DNA of 53,097 nucleotides from an uncultured Rhodomicrobium sp. (GTDB lineage: Bacteria; Pseudomonadota; Alphaproteobacteria; Rhizobiales; Rhodomicrobiaceae): NCBI GenBank assembly GCA_964498645.1, contig CAZCIF010000003.1, positions 1-53,097 of the forward strand, read 5' to 3'. A program made the position numbers and the translations under genes. Positions 37,676 through 50,345 of this stretch are shown in pieces (the stretch's first letter is position 1; each line of letters starts with the position of its first letter). The notes below the pieces were generated by a model, which had not been told where the DNA came from, made no database searches, and saw only the letters and a list, made by a program, of their open reading frames with translations.

Positions 37676-38212
37676 CTATTCCGTATTGAAAAAAGACTCG
37701 CTGACATTGGCTGTCCCGGCGTTAGCATGCCTCCCGCTGAAAATCCTTGCGAATGCTTCCGCTTCCGGATGCGCGCATGCATGTTTTTGCATAGCCTCCG
37801 ACAGCATGTCGAAGGTTTCGCCCCAGGCCGCTTCGACTTCGTCATTGAACTCGGGTCCGAGTAAGACCGAGAGCGCATACAACAAAGCCTCTCGCATATA
37901 ATCGTAATGCTTGGAGCCTACGCCGTACATCTTCTTATGGCGGCTGCCCAAGTCGCCGACGCCGGGAATAACCGCTTCTCCACCTTGCTTTGTCACGGGG
38001 AGAAAATGCTTCGACCTCGTCTTAACACTCACGAACTCGGCAAGAACCTTTGCAAGCTTGGTATTTTGCTCGTTCATGTCGTTTTTAAAGAGCCGGCGGG
38101 ATTCCGGCGAAAGCTCAAACAACTTCGCATAAACGGCCGCGCCCAGCTCAGGAAGCCTGTTTTCAATCTTCGCGAAGCTTTCCGCGAGAATCTGTGTTTG
38201 TTCAGGAGTCAT
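37676..38212 (-). CDS. Single-domain 3/3 globin (Vitreoscilla Hb/flavohaemoglobin-like globin fold)
   Basis: Y28 (B10), F42 (CD1), Q49 (E7), LGSRH H92 (F8), YGV..HY, AAW. Confidence 0.85.
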   Translation of the reverse strand: MTPEQTQILAESFAKIENRLPELGAAVYAKLFELSPESRRLFKNDMNEQNTKLAKVLAEFVSVKTRSKHFLPVTKQGGEAVIPGVGDLGSRHKKMYGVGSKHYDYMREALLYALSVLLGPEFNDEVEAAWGETFDMLSEAMQKHACAHPEAEAFARIFSGRHANAGTANVSESFFNTE

Positions 38213-38543
38213 GCCGCTTTTGTCCCCGCCCCTTTAGTGCACCATCTTGGATGCACTTGAACCCGGAAGTGTTTTAATTGTCTATACTAACAAAAAATGG
38301 CGCCGGCCTCAGAACGGCCGGCAGGCTTCGCCATTAATAAAGCATATTTACCCGCACAATCGAACGCAACGCGGCATAATGTTTCATAACATGGTTCTTT
38401 CTAGAAAAAGATATGTTTACTTGTTAAGTCTTTATACTTATGAAAAATTTGTTTTTGCCATAGTGTGATTTGCGGCAGGCGTGCGAACTCGTGACCGCAA
38501 TCTCTCTTGGGAATGAGCAGGGAAAGCAACTTTCTATGGGGAA

Positions 38544-38618
38544 TGGTGCGCGCGGAGAGGATTGAACTCCCGACCGTCCCGGTGTAAACGGGATGCTCTA
38601 CCGCTGAGCTACACGCGC
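38544..38618 (-). tRNA. tRNA-Val(TAC)
   Basis: 75-nt cloverleaf GCGCGTG-TA-GCTC..GAGC-A-TCCCG-TTTACAC-CGGGA...TTCAATC...CGCGCGC-A-CCA. Confidence 0.95.
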
Positions 38619-38628
38619 ATTCGCAAGC

Positions 38629-38657
38629 CTTATAGACAACGAAGGCAGCCGCGTCCA
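38629..38657 (-). promoter_or_regulatory. Putative tRNA promoter
   Basis: Minus strand TGGACG-N17-TATAAG, 10 bp before the tRNA. Confidence 0.4.
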
Positions 38658-38688
38658 TCAAGCTTTTATTGCAGGCCGGCGCAATCGA

Positions 38689-39993
38689 TCAATTGCCTAG
38701 AAATGTCTGGTAAAGCAGAACCATATTTAAGGAAAGTACAGCTAACGCGCATCCCGTGGCCACGATGCGCGTGACTGTGCCGGCCGCGAAACGGCCCATC
38801 ACCCGCCTGTCGCTCGATAGTATGAGAAGCGCAATCATGGGCACCGGCAGGGCAAGACTAAGAACCACCTGGCTGACGACAAGCGCCTTCGTCGCGCCAA
38901 CTCCCATCCACACAACAACGAAGGCCGGAACCATGGTCACTAGCCGCCGCAGCCAAATCGGTATCCTCCGGCGGAAAAAGCCTTGCATGATGGTTTGCCC
39001 GGCCATGGTTCCCACCACGGAGCTTGAAATGCCCGACGCAAGCAGCGAAACGAGAAATGCAGCAGCGGCGCCCGCGCCAAGAAGCGGTGTCAGCGTATAA
39101 TAGGCGGTCTCGATCTCGGCGACGTCCGGATGACCGGCATTGAAGGCAGCCGCCGCCATCATCACCATCGACATGTTGATTGCGCCCGCAACAAAGAGTG
39201 CTGCCACAACCTCCCGGTTGGAAAATCGTACAACCCGCTCGCGCTCGGCGTCCGACAGAAGCAGGGTCCGGGATTGTGTGAGCGCTGAATGCAGATAGAT
39301 GGCATGGGGCATAACCGTTGCGCCGATGATACCGACGGCGATCATCAGGGCCTCGTTATTGGCAATCTTCGGTGTGACGGCCCCAAGCGCCGCCGCGCCC
39401 CAGTCGATCGGAGCGACGAACAGCTCGATCAGATAGCAAACGCCAATGACGGCCACAAAAGTTCCGATGAAAAGCTCGATCCGGCGGAAGCGGTCCCCGC
39501 CAAACATAAGAATGCCGTAGGTGATGATAGCCGTCACCGCCATGCCGGACAGAAGGGGGAGGCCGAATAACAAAGAGAAAGCGATGGCGCCTCCTAAAAA
39601 CTCAGCCAGGTCTGTCGCCATGGCCGCGATTTCACTCACGATCCACATGAGAAAGGCCACGGGATATGGAAAACGGTCGCGGGACAGCTCCGCAAGGTTG
39701 CGTCCGGTCACGATCCCGAGCTTCGCCGACAATCCCTGAAACAACATGGCGATCAGGTTCGCCGCCAGCACGACCCATAAGAGGCTATAGCCATATTTCG
39801 CGCCTGCCTGAATGTTGGTCGCGAAATTACCTGGATCGATATAGGCGATCGAGGCCACGACGGCTGGGCCTGTAAAAAGCCAGCCCGTGATGACCCTGCC
39901 ACGGCGCCCGGCGACGGCTTCGCGCAAGGCAGCCGCAGTGCCGCCTTTGGCAAACAGGCGGGTTTCGGTTTGTGCAGGTGCTTCGGACGCCAT
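38689..39993 (-). CDS. mntH: Nramp-family Mn2+ transporter
   Basis: AYIDPGNFATN, DLAEFLG, GATVMPHAIYLHS, GTMAGQ. Confidence 0.95.
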   Translation of the reverse strand: MASEAPAQTETRLFAKGGTAAALREAVAGRRGRVITGWLFTGPAVVASIAYIDPGNFATNIQAGAKYGYSLLWVVLAANLIAMLFQGLSAKLGIVTGRNLAELSRDRFPYPVAFLMWIVSEIAAMATDLAEFLGGAIAFSLLFGLPLLSGMAVTAIITYGILMFGGDRFRRIELFIGTFVAVIGVCYLIELFVAPIDWGAAALGAVTPKIANNEALMIAVGIIGATVMPHAIYLHSALTQSRTLLLSDAERERVVRFSNREVVAALFVAGAINMSMVMMAAAAFNAGHPDVAEIETAYYTLTPLLGAGAAAAFLVSLLASGISSSVVGTMAGQTIMQGFFRRRIPIWLRRLVTMVPAFVVVWMGVGATKALVVSQVVLSLALPVPMIALLILSSDRRVMGRFAAGTVTRIVATGCALAVLSLNMVLLYQTFLGN

Positions 39994-40016
39994 CGTTCGC
40001 CTTCTTTTTAAGAGAG

Positions 40017-40032
40017 TATAGCCAATGCTATA
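40017..40032. promoter_or_regulatory. MntR operator
   Basis: Palindrome TATAGC-CAAT-GCTATA matching the ATAGC-N4-GCTAT MntR box core; overlaps a candidate mntH -10 (TTGATT-N17-TATAGC on minus strand). Confidence 0.8.
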
Positions 40033-40153
40033 ATGTCTCGCCTTTGCTTAATCAAGGCTTTTCCCCTCGAAAAAATGATGGCACTGATTTTCGCTGAGAG
40101 CGGGCTCGCAATCTGATAGGGTGATTGTCAGGCTGGCAACACTCGAAACCCAT

Positions 40154-40606
40154 ATGATTGCAGATAAGAAAAGCGAACCGGATACGCTGGTTGCCGCTGA
40201 TGTTCAGTCGGCGAGCTTCCGCCAAACGCGTGAAGCGCGAAAGCTTGAACTTGTGGAAGATTATGTCGAGCTGATCGACGATCTTATCTCAGCCCAAGGC
40301 GAAGCAAGGCAGGTGGATATTGCCGGGCGCCTTGGCGTCGCCCAGCCGACGGTCGCAAAAATGCTGAAGCGCCTCACCGAGGAGGGCCTTGTCTCCCAGC
40401 AGCCTTACCGTGGCGTGTTTCTGACGGATATGGGCCAGCGCCTTGCGGTGGAAGCGCGGGAACGGCACCGGGCTGTCGAGGCGTTTCTCCTGTCGCTCGG
40501 CGTTAGCGCGGAGACGGCCCGCCGGGACGCGGAGGGCATCGAGCATCATGTCAGCGCCGAAACGCTCGACGCTTTCCGCCGCTTCGTAAAACAGCGCGAA
40601 AAGTAG
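40154..40606 (+). CDS. mntR: Manganese-binding DtxR-family regulator
   Basis: [40 protein letters not shown]; start 40121 or 40154. Confidence 0.93.
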   Translation: MIADKKSEPDTLVAADVQSASFRQTREARKLELVEDYVELIDDLISAQGEARQVDIAGRLGVAQPTVAKMLKRLTEEGLVSQQPYRGVFLTDMGQRLAVEARERHRAVEAFLLSLGVSAETARRDAEGIEHHVSAETLDAFRRFVKQREK

Positions 40607-40667
40607 GGCGATCCTCGCCATTTGCGCATAGCGAGCGGGCCAATGAACCGTTCAGCCGGATTTGCTA

Positions 40668-44381
<3,714 letters not shown>

Positions 44382-44390
44382 TTCCGGCGA

Positions 44391-44672
44391 TTACGCCAAC
44401 CTCCGAATGTAACTCTTATCCCCCAACCCGTAAAAGGCGCGCACATCCATGACCGCAGCGGCGACCCCTTCCGGCGCCTTGCACCCGCGTATCCACTGAT
44501 CGATATCGGTATCCGGCAGCGACAACAACTGCTCGAAAGCTGTCAGCCTCGCCTCGTCCATGCCGGGAACGTGCTCACACGCATAGCGCCCCAGGATGAG
44601 ATCGAGTTCTTTTGTGCCCCGGTGATTGGCGCGATAAAGCGCGCGCTTGCGCCTGATTTCAAGCCCGTCCAT
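44391..44672 (-). CDS. sdhE: Succinate dehydrogenase flavinylation factor SdhE/SDHAF2
   Basis: RRKRALYRA.HRGTKELDLILG; located between mfd and recG. Confidence 0.9.
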   Translation of the reverse strand: MDGLEIRRKRALYRANHRGTKELDLILGRYACEHVPGMDEARLTAFEQLLSLPDTDIDQWIRGCKAPEGVAAAVMDVRAFYGLGDKSYIRRLA

Positions 44673-44738
44673 GAAATGCCCTGTGGATCGCCCGGCGACG
44701 CGCCGGTGAAAACGCCATCTTTGGGGCAATATAGGCGC

Positions 44739-46967
44739 ATGAGCGATTCCTTCCAATTCAATGAAGCGGCATTGCCCTGGAATAGCGAACCAAAACTCTC
44801 ATCTTCTGTTCGCATGCCGCCTCTCAAACCCGAAGCTTCCTCACGCGCCGCCGCAAGCGCCAATCCCGGCGAAGCGGATGGCCTTTTCGCGCCGCTTAAG
44901 AGCCTGAAGGGCCTGAGCGCGCGCGGCGAGGAATTGCTGATCAAGGTGCTCGCCAAGCCGCTTACCCCGCCGCGCGTGATCGATCTGCTTTGGCACCTGC
45001 CAACGGGTTATCTCGACCGCCGTCTCTCGCCTTCGGTTCAGGACGCGGTTCCAGGAAGCATCGCCACGCTCGTGGTGACGCCGGTCCGCTACAGCATGCC
45101 TCACAAAGGGGCCGCGCGTGCGCCGCTTCGCACGATTTGCGAGGATGAAAGCGCAGCACTCGACATCGTCTTCTTTCACGGCGACCGCAATGGCATCCGC
45201 AGGCTTTTGCCCCTGCATGAGCCGCGCCTTGTATCCGGGCGCGTTGAGAAATATGGGTCGCGGCTGCAGATGGCGCATCCAGACTACATCTTGACGCCTG
45301 CGGAGCGGGGCCGGCTTCCGGCCATTGAGCCGGTTTATCCGCTCACGCTGGGTCTTACCCAGAAGCTCTTGCATAAGGTTATCGGCGAAGCCCTCAGCCG
45401 GCTCCCCGAATTCCCTGAATGGCTCGATCCGCCGCTGGTGGACTCTGAGAACTGGCCCTCCTTCACGCGCGCACTCCACCTTCTTCACCGGCCTCAATCG
45501 CCTGCAGACCTCGCGCTCTGGGCCAAGGCCCGCGAGAGGCTCGGCTTCGATGAGGTATTCTCTTCTCAGCTTGCCATGGCTTTGGTGCGGCGCAGCTATC
45601 GCCAGCTTGCGGGACGTTCGCTCGTGGGCGGCGGTCATCTCGCGCAGAAAATGCGAAGTGCCCTGCACTACAGCCTAACCCACTCGCAGGAGGAGGCACT
45701 CGCTGAGATCAAAGCCGATATGGCGGCGCCGCGCCGGATGCTCCGGCTTCTGCAAGGCGATGTCGGCAGCGGCAAGACCGTGGTTGCCGCGCTTTCGATG
45801 GCGGCGGCGGTCGAGGCCGGGGCGCAAGCGGCGATTATGGCGCCGACGGATGTGCTCGCCAGGCAGCATGTTGACACTTTGAGGCCGCTCTGCGAGGCGG
45901 CTGGCGTGGAGCTTGGCTATTTGTCTGGCCGCGAACAAGGCAGGGCCCGCGCGGCGATCCTCGAAAAGCTGAGCGCGGGCGCCATAAAAATTATGGCAGG
46001 GACGCACGCACTGTTCCAGCCCGACGTCATCTTCCACGATCTCGGTCTTGCCATCGTCGATGAGCAGCACCGCTTCGGCGTGGCCCAACGGCTTGCACTG
46101 CAGGAGAAAGCGCGCAATGGCGACGCGGATATTCTCGTCATGACCGCAACGCCGATACCGCGCACGCTGCTCCTCTCGCTTCATGGCGATCTCGATGTAT
46201 CGAAGCTGACAGAGAAGCCCGCGGGCCGGAAACCTGTCTCGACGCGTGCCATTCCGCAAGACCGGCTAGAGGAACTGGTCGAGGGCCTGCACCGCGCCTT
46301 GCGGGAAGGAGCGCAGGTCTATTGGGTCTGCCCCGCCGTCGAAAGCGAGACGGCGCGCGAGATGACGGCAGCAGAGGAGCGCGCCGCGCATCTGCGCCAG
46401 ATTTTCGGCGAGCGCGTGGGCCTCGTTCATGGGCGGCTTTCCGGCGCGGAGAAGGATGCGGCCATCGCAGCTTTCGTCGCGCGCGAAACCTCGATCCTGG
46501 TTGCGACCACGGTCATCGAGGTCGGCGTCAATGTGCCCAACGCCACCGTGATGATTATCGAAAATGCCGAGATGTTCGGCCTTGCGCAACTGCATCAATT
46601 GCGGGGCCGGGTGGGGCGTGGCTCGGCGCAATCGTCCTGCATACTTCTTTACAAGGCCCCGCTTTCGGAAACCGCGAAGGCGCGGCTCGATATACTACGG
46701 CAAGTCGAAGACGGATTCGTCATCGCGGAGGAGGATCTGCGCTTACGCGGGGGTGGCGAAGTGCTAGGTCCGCGCCAAAGCGGCGATCCCGGCTTCCGTC
46801 TCGCTCCGTGGCCCCAAGCGGCATCGCTGATCGAGCGGGCGGCGGACCTTGCCAAATATCAACTCGGGCGCGATCCTTATCTCAAATCCGGGCAAGGGCT
46901 GGCGGCGCGCCGCTGCCTCGCCCTGTTCGAGCGGCACAACGCGATGCGCCTTTTACACGCGGGATGA
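44739..46967 (+). CDS. recG: ATP-dependent DNA helicase RecG
   Basis: RLLQGDVGSGKT, DEQHRFGV, MTATPIPR, HQLRGRVGRG; start uncertain (44739 or 44814). Confidence 0.97.
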   Translation: MSDSFQFNEAALPWNSEPKLSSSVRMPPLKPEASSRAAASANPGEADGLFAPLKSLKGLSARGEELLIKVLAKPLTPPRVIDLLWHLPTGYLDRRLSPSVQDAVPGSIATLVVTPVRYSMPHKGAARAPLRTICEDESAALDIVFFHGDRNGIRRLLPLHEPRLVSGRVEKYGSRLQMAHPDYILTPAERGRLPAIEPVYPLTLGLTQKLLHKVIGEALSRLPEFPEWLDPPLVDSENWPSFTRALHLLHRPQSPADLALWAKARERLGFDEVFSSQLAMALVRRSYRQLAGRSLVGGGHLAQKMRSALHYSLTHSQEEALAEIKADMAAPRRMLRLLQGDVGSGKTVVAALSMAAAVEAGAQAAIMAPTDVLARQHVDTLRPLCEAAGVELGYLSGREQGRARAAILEKLSAGAIKIMAGTHALFQPDVIFHDLGLAIVDEQHRFGVAQRLALQEKARNGDADILVMTATPIPRTLLLSLHGDLDVSKLTEKPAGRKPVSTRAIPQDRLEELVEGLHRALREGAQVYWVCPAVESETAREMTAAEERAAHLRQIFGERVGLVHGRLSGAEKDAAIAAFVARETSILVATTVIEVGVNVPNATVMIIENAEMFGLAQLHQLRGRVGRGSAQSSCILLYKAPLSETAKARLDILRQVEDGFVIAEEDLRLRGGGEVLGPRQSGDPGFRLAPWPQAASLIERAADLAKYQLGRDPYLKSGQGLAARRCLALFERHNAMRLLHAG

Positions 46968-47003
46968 TACCAAATCCCGTTACAGTTCGTACAGCCCGCC
47001 ATT

Positions 47004-47122
47004 CGTCATCCCGTGCGCAGTGCAGCGCGAAGCGGTGCGCTGCAGACGCGGGATCGTAACACATTGCATTGCTTGAGTTTTTTGCGATCCCGGAACGGCC
47101 CTTGGGGTCATTCCGGGATGAC
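47004..47122. repeat. Inverted REP-like pair (CGTCATCCCG family)
   Basis: GTCATCCCG (47005-47013) and CGGGATGAC (47114-47122), each starting an internal hairpin; between convergent genes. Confidence 0.7.
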
Positions 47123-47137
47123 ACCTTTACGGCTTGC

Positions 47138-48124
47138 TCAAGGGGTGACACGGCAGTTCACGCCGCGCTGTTTCATCGCCGAGCAAAGCGCTAGCGCCGC
47201 ACTTTTCGCCTTGTACGGCCCTGCGACGATCTGGAAGCCGCCGCCCGGGCTGGCCGGCACGTCGAGATTACGGCTGACGAGGATGTCGGAAAGTTGGGCC
47301 TTGATTTGCTGTGCCTTGGAGTGCCCCGCCGCCTCATTAGCCACGGTGCCGAAGACGATCAAGAATCCATCCGCGGGAGAGTCCACGGAACCGGTTGAAA
47401 CGGGCTGAAGCGTTGCGGTCATTGGGGCGGACCGGAGAGCAGCAACTTTTTCGGCATGCGCAGGTCTAGGGGCTGCCGCATGCTTAACGGCCCTTGGAGT
47501 ATTCTCCGGCGCGGATGGCACCCGCACCACGGCTGCGGAGGCTGCCGTGCCGGTTTGCCAAGCTGTCGGGCGCGCCGGGGCAGGAGGTTCAGGCGGCCTG
47601 CTCGCGTTCGAAGAACCGAAAAGACCGCTAAACACACTGAACACACCGCCGGAGGAGCTACCGGCGTCGCTGTGCGGAATGCTCGATCCGCCGCTCGCTA
47701 CACTTGCCGGTTTGGAAGATCCTGGAGCGGGTGTGTTAAGGCCCATCGCCGCAATAATGCGATGCTTCCCCTCCCAGGCAATTCTTCGCTCGGACGGAGA
47801 AAGCGTATCCATCCATAGCGCGTTGGAGTAGTCCTGAAGCGCACGGGCAAGCGCGCCGCTCCGCTCATTGACCTGGGCCCGGATCAAAATAGCACGGGCG
47901 GCAAGTTCTTTGGACAGGCCGGCTTTGAACGCCTCATCGATGTAGCCCGCTGCATCGGTGTAGGTACCTGCTTCATAAGCCTTCGAGGCCTTGGTCAAGA
48001 AATCGAGACCTTGGTTATCGTTGCTTTGCGCCACAACCGGGCCGAACCCGCCAAGAATCCCGGCATGAAGCACAAGGCTCAAGCCTGCAGCGACGGAAAG
48101 GCGTATGATGTTGGAAAGCCGCAT
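47138..48124 (-). CDS. Exported TPR-like + SPOR domain protein
   Basis: Signal peptide, TPR-like helices (ARALQDYSNAL), Pro/Ser/Ala linker, FQIVAGPY...A.ALC..MKQRGVNC SPOR end; start uncertain. Confidence 0.75.
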   Translation of the reverse strand: MRLSNIIRLSVAAGLSLVLHAGILGGFGPVVAQSNDNQGLDFLTKASKAYEAGTYTDAAGYIDEAFKAGLSKELAARAILIRAQVNERSGALARALQDYSNALWMDTLSPSERRIAWEGKHRIIAAMGLNTPAPGSSKPASVASGGSSIPHSDAGSSSGGVFSVFSGLFGSSNASRPPEPPAPARPTAWQTGTAASAAVVRVPSAPENTPRAVKHAAAPRPAHAEKVAALRSAPMTATLQPVSTGSVDSPADGFLIVFGTVANEAAGHSKAQQIKAQLSDILVSRNLDVPASPGGGFQIVAGPYKAKSAALALCSAMKQRGVNCRVTP

Positions 48125-48392
48125 AGACAATAAGGTCCCGATCGAAAAGATCATGGCGCGCTTGCAACAGCCAAGCAAGAACTCTAATCACAAAATTTGG
48201 GCGTAGCCATGTCTGAATTGTATAGGCCGATTCCTGCGCGCCAGCGCAGGCGCCCGGGGCCCTATCCACAAAGTGTCTCTTTACCGCTTTAGTTGCACAC
48301 AGCTTGTTATGCACAACCTCTACGGGATTGCACCACATCCCGCTGAACGGTTGTAGCGGTAGCGCACTGGGTGAGGAAGAAGTCAGGCCCAA

Positions 48393-50213
48393 TCACTCAA
48401 CGGTCACAGATTTTGCCAGGTTGCGCGGCTGGTCCACGTCGGTCCCCATCTCAACGGCGGTGTGATAGGCGATCAATTGAATCGGAATCGCATATAAAAT
48501 CGGCACCGTGAGGGGATGCGCGGACGGCAAATCGAAATGCAAATGCGCCTTCACGCTTGAAGCTGCGTCCGGCGCATCGCTGAAAATGATAAGCTGCCCT
48601 CCGCGCGCCGCGACCTCCTGCATGTTGGAGACCATCTTATCGTAGAACATACCTTTCGGGGCCATGGCGATAACCGGCACGCTCTCGTCGATGAGCGCGA
48701 TTGGGCCGTGCTTTAACTCGCCAGCGGCAAACCCTTCTGCGTGGATGTAAGAGATTTCCTTCAGCTTCAGCGCGCCTTCGAGGGCGACCGGATAGGTTGA
48801 GCCCCTGCCGAGATAGAGAACCAAAGGCGCCTTCGACAAAGCGTGGCCCAGCGCATCGAACTCGTCTTCCCGGCGCAGAACGCCGCTGATGAGGCGCGGC
48901 AATTGAATGAGCGAGCGCACCAAATCCTGCTCTTCCGTCGCGGAAAGAACGCCCCGCTTACGGCCTGCTGCTATCGCCATGCAAGCCAGGACCGTGAGCT
49001 GGCATGTGAATGCCTTGGTGGAGGCAACGCCAATCTCAGGCCCGGCGAGCGTGGGCAGGATCGTGTCCGATTCCCGCGCAATGCTGGATTCCGGCACGTT
49101 CACGACGCTTGCGATGGTTTGGCCGTGCTCCTTGCAATAGCGCAGGCTTGCAAGAGTGTCCGCGGTTTCGCCGGACTGCGAGACGAAGATGGCGAGGCCA
49201 TCCGCAGGCAGCGGGGCTTCCCGATAGCGGAATTCCGACGCGATATCCACCTCGACAGGCAGTTTGGCATAGCGCTCGAACCAGTATTTCGCGGTCATGG
49301 CCGCGTAAAAGGCAGTACCGCAGGCCGAGATGGTGAGCTTCGAAAGCCGCTCGAACGGCAGAGGGGCGCCGGGCAAAGCGATGGAATTATCCGAGAACCG
49401 TACATAATGCGCGAGCGTGCGGCTTATGACTTCCGGCTGCTCGTGAATCTCTTTCGCCATGAAATGGCGGTGGTTACCCTTGTCGATCAGGAGCGCTGAA
49501 GCCGCCGTTCGTGCAACCGGCCGCGAGACTTGCGCGCCGCCCTCATCGTAAATGGTGGCGCCCGAACGCGTCAAAACCGCCCAATCGCCTTCCTCCAGGA
49601 AGGTGACGCGGTCCGTGAAGGGCGCCAGCGCAATGGCGTCCGAGCCGAGGAACATTTCTCCGCGCCCATAGCCAACCGCAAGCGGGCTGCCGCGCCGCGC
49701 CCCAATCATCAGATCCTCGCGGGCGGAGAACAGGATTGCCAGCGCGAACGCGCCTTTGAGCCTGGAGAGAACGGCCTTCACCGCCGCTACCGGCTCGGCC
49801 CCGGCTTTCAGCTCCCGGTCGAGGAGTTGAGCAACGGTCTCGGTATCGGTGTCGCTCTCGAACTCAGCGCCTTCCCGTTCCAGCTCTTCGCGCAGTTCCC
49901 GGAAATTCTCGATGATGCCATTGTGGACGACGGCCGTGCGCGGCGTCATATGGGGATGGGCGTTGCGCTCAACAGGTACGCCATGCGTAGCCCAGCGCGT
50001 GTGCCCGATGCCGCAGGTACCCGATAGCGGATCGCTCGCGAGCCGCCGGTCAAGAGCCGCGAGCTTGCCCTCGGCGCGGCGCCGGGTGAGCATGCCTTGC
50101 TCAAGCGTTGCAACACCGGCGGAATCGTAGCCGCGATATTCAAGCCGCCGGAGAGATTCGAGCAGGCGTGGCGCAGCAGGTTCGTTCCCGAGGATGCCGA
50201 TGATTCCGCACAT
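48393..50213 (-). CDS. glmS: Glutamine--fructose-6-phosphate transaminase
   Basis: MCGIIG, EYRGYDSAG, GHTRWATHG, SQSGETADT, PRNLAKSVTVE. Confidence 0.98.
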   Translation of the reverse strand: MCGIIGILGNEPAAPRLLESLRRLEYRGYDSAGVATLEQGMLTRRRAEGKLAALDRRLASDPLSGTCGIGHTRWATHGVPVERNAHPHMTPRTAVVHNGIIENFRELREELEREGAEFESDTDTETVAQLLDRELKAGAEPVAAVKAVLSRLKGAFALAILFSAREDLMIGARRGSPLAVGYGRGEMFLGSDAIALAPFTDRVTFLEEGDWAVLTRSGATIYDEGGAQVSRPVARTAASALLIDKGNHRHFMAKEIHEQPEVISRTLAHYVRFSDNSIALPGAPLPFERLSKLTISACGTAFYAAMTAKYWFERYAKLPVEVDIASEFRYREAPLPADGLAIFVSQSGETADTLASLRYCKEHGQTIASVVNVPESSIARESDTILPTLAGPEIGVASTKAFTCQLTVLACMAIAAGRKRGVLSATEEQDLVRSLIQLPRLISGVLRREDEFDALGHALSKAPLVLYLGRGSTYPVALEGALKLKEISYIHAEGFAAGELKHGPIALIDESVPVIAMAPKGMFYDKMVSNMQEVAARGGQLIIFSDAPDAASSVKAHLHFDLPSAHPLTVPILYAIPIQLIAYHTAVEMGTDVDQPRNLAKSVTVE

Positions 50214-50345
50214 GGTACAGGTGCTTTCCTTATAGGGCCAGCAGCAGGCCGTTCGCGAAGAGTCTGCCGTGCAATAACCGGGACGCAGCCGTTCGCCAAT
50301 TCAAAGAGTGCTTCAGACTATTTCAAACAAGGTTAAGCGGCACTC

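Noticed and set aside
38213-38618. Intact prophage or island integrated at tRNA-Val; sigma54 or FNR site for the globin
   Set aside because: No integrase or duplicated tRNA 3' end seen; no correctly spaced GG-N10-GC or TTGAT-N4-ATCAA found by eye
48184-48392. Replication origin
   Set aside because: Short region, no AT-rich unwinding element, no dnaA/hemE/parAB context, and gene-strand bias does not switch
50214-50345. glmS ribozyme or sigma54 promoter between glmU and glmS
   Set aside because: No glmS ribozyme core recognised (mainly a Gram-positive element); the only GG-N10-GC match has several consensus mismatches
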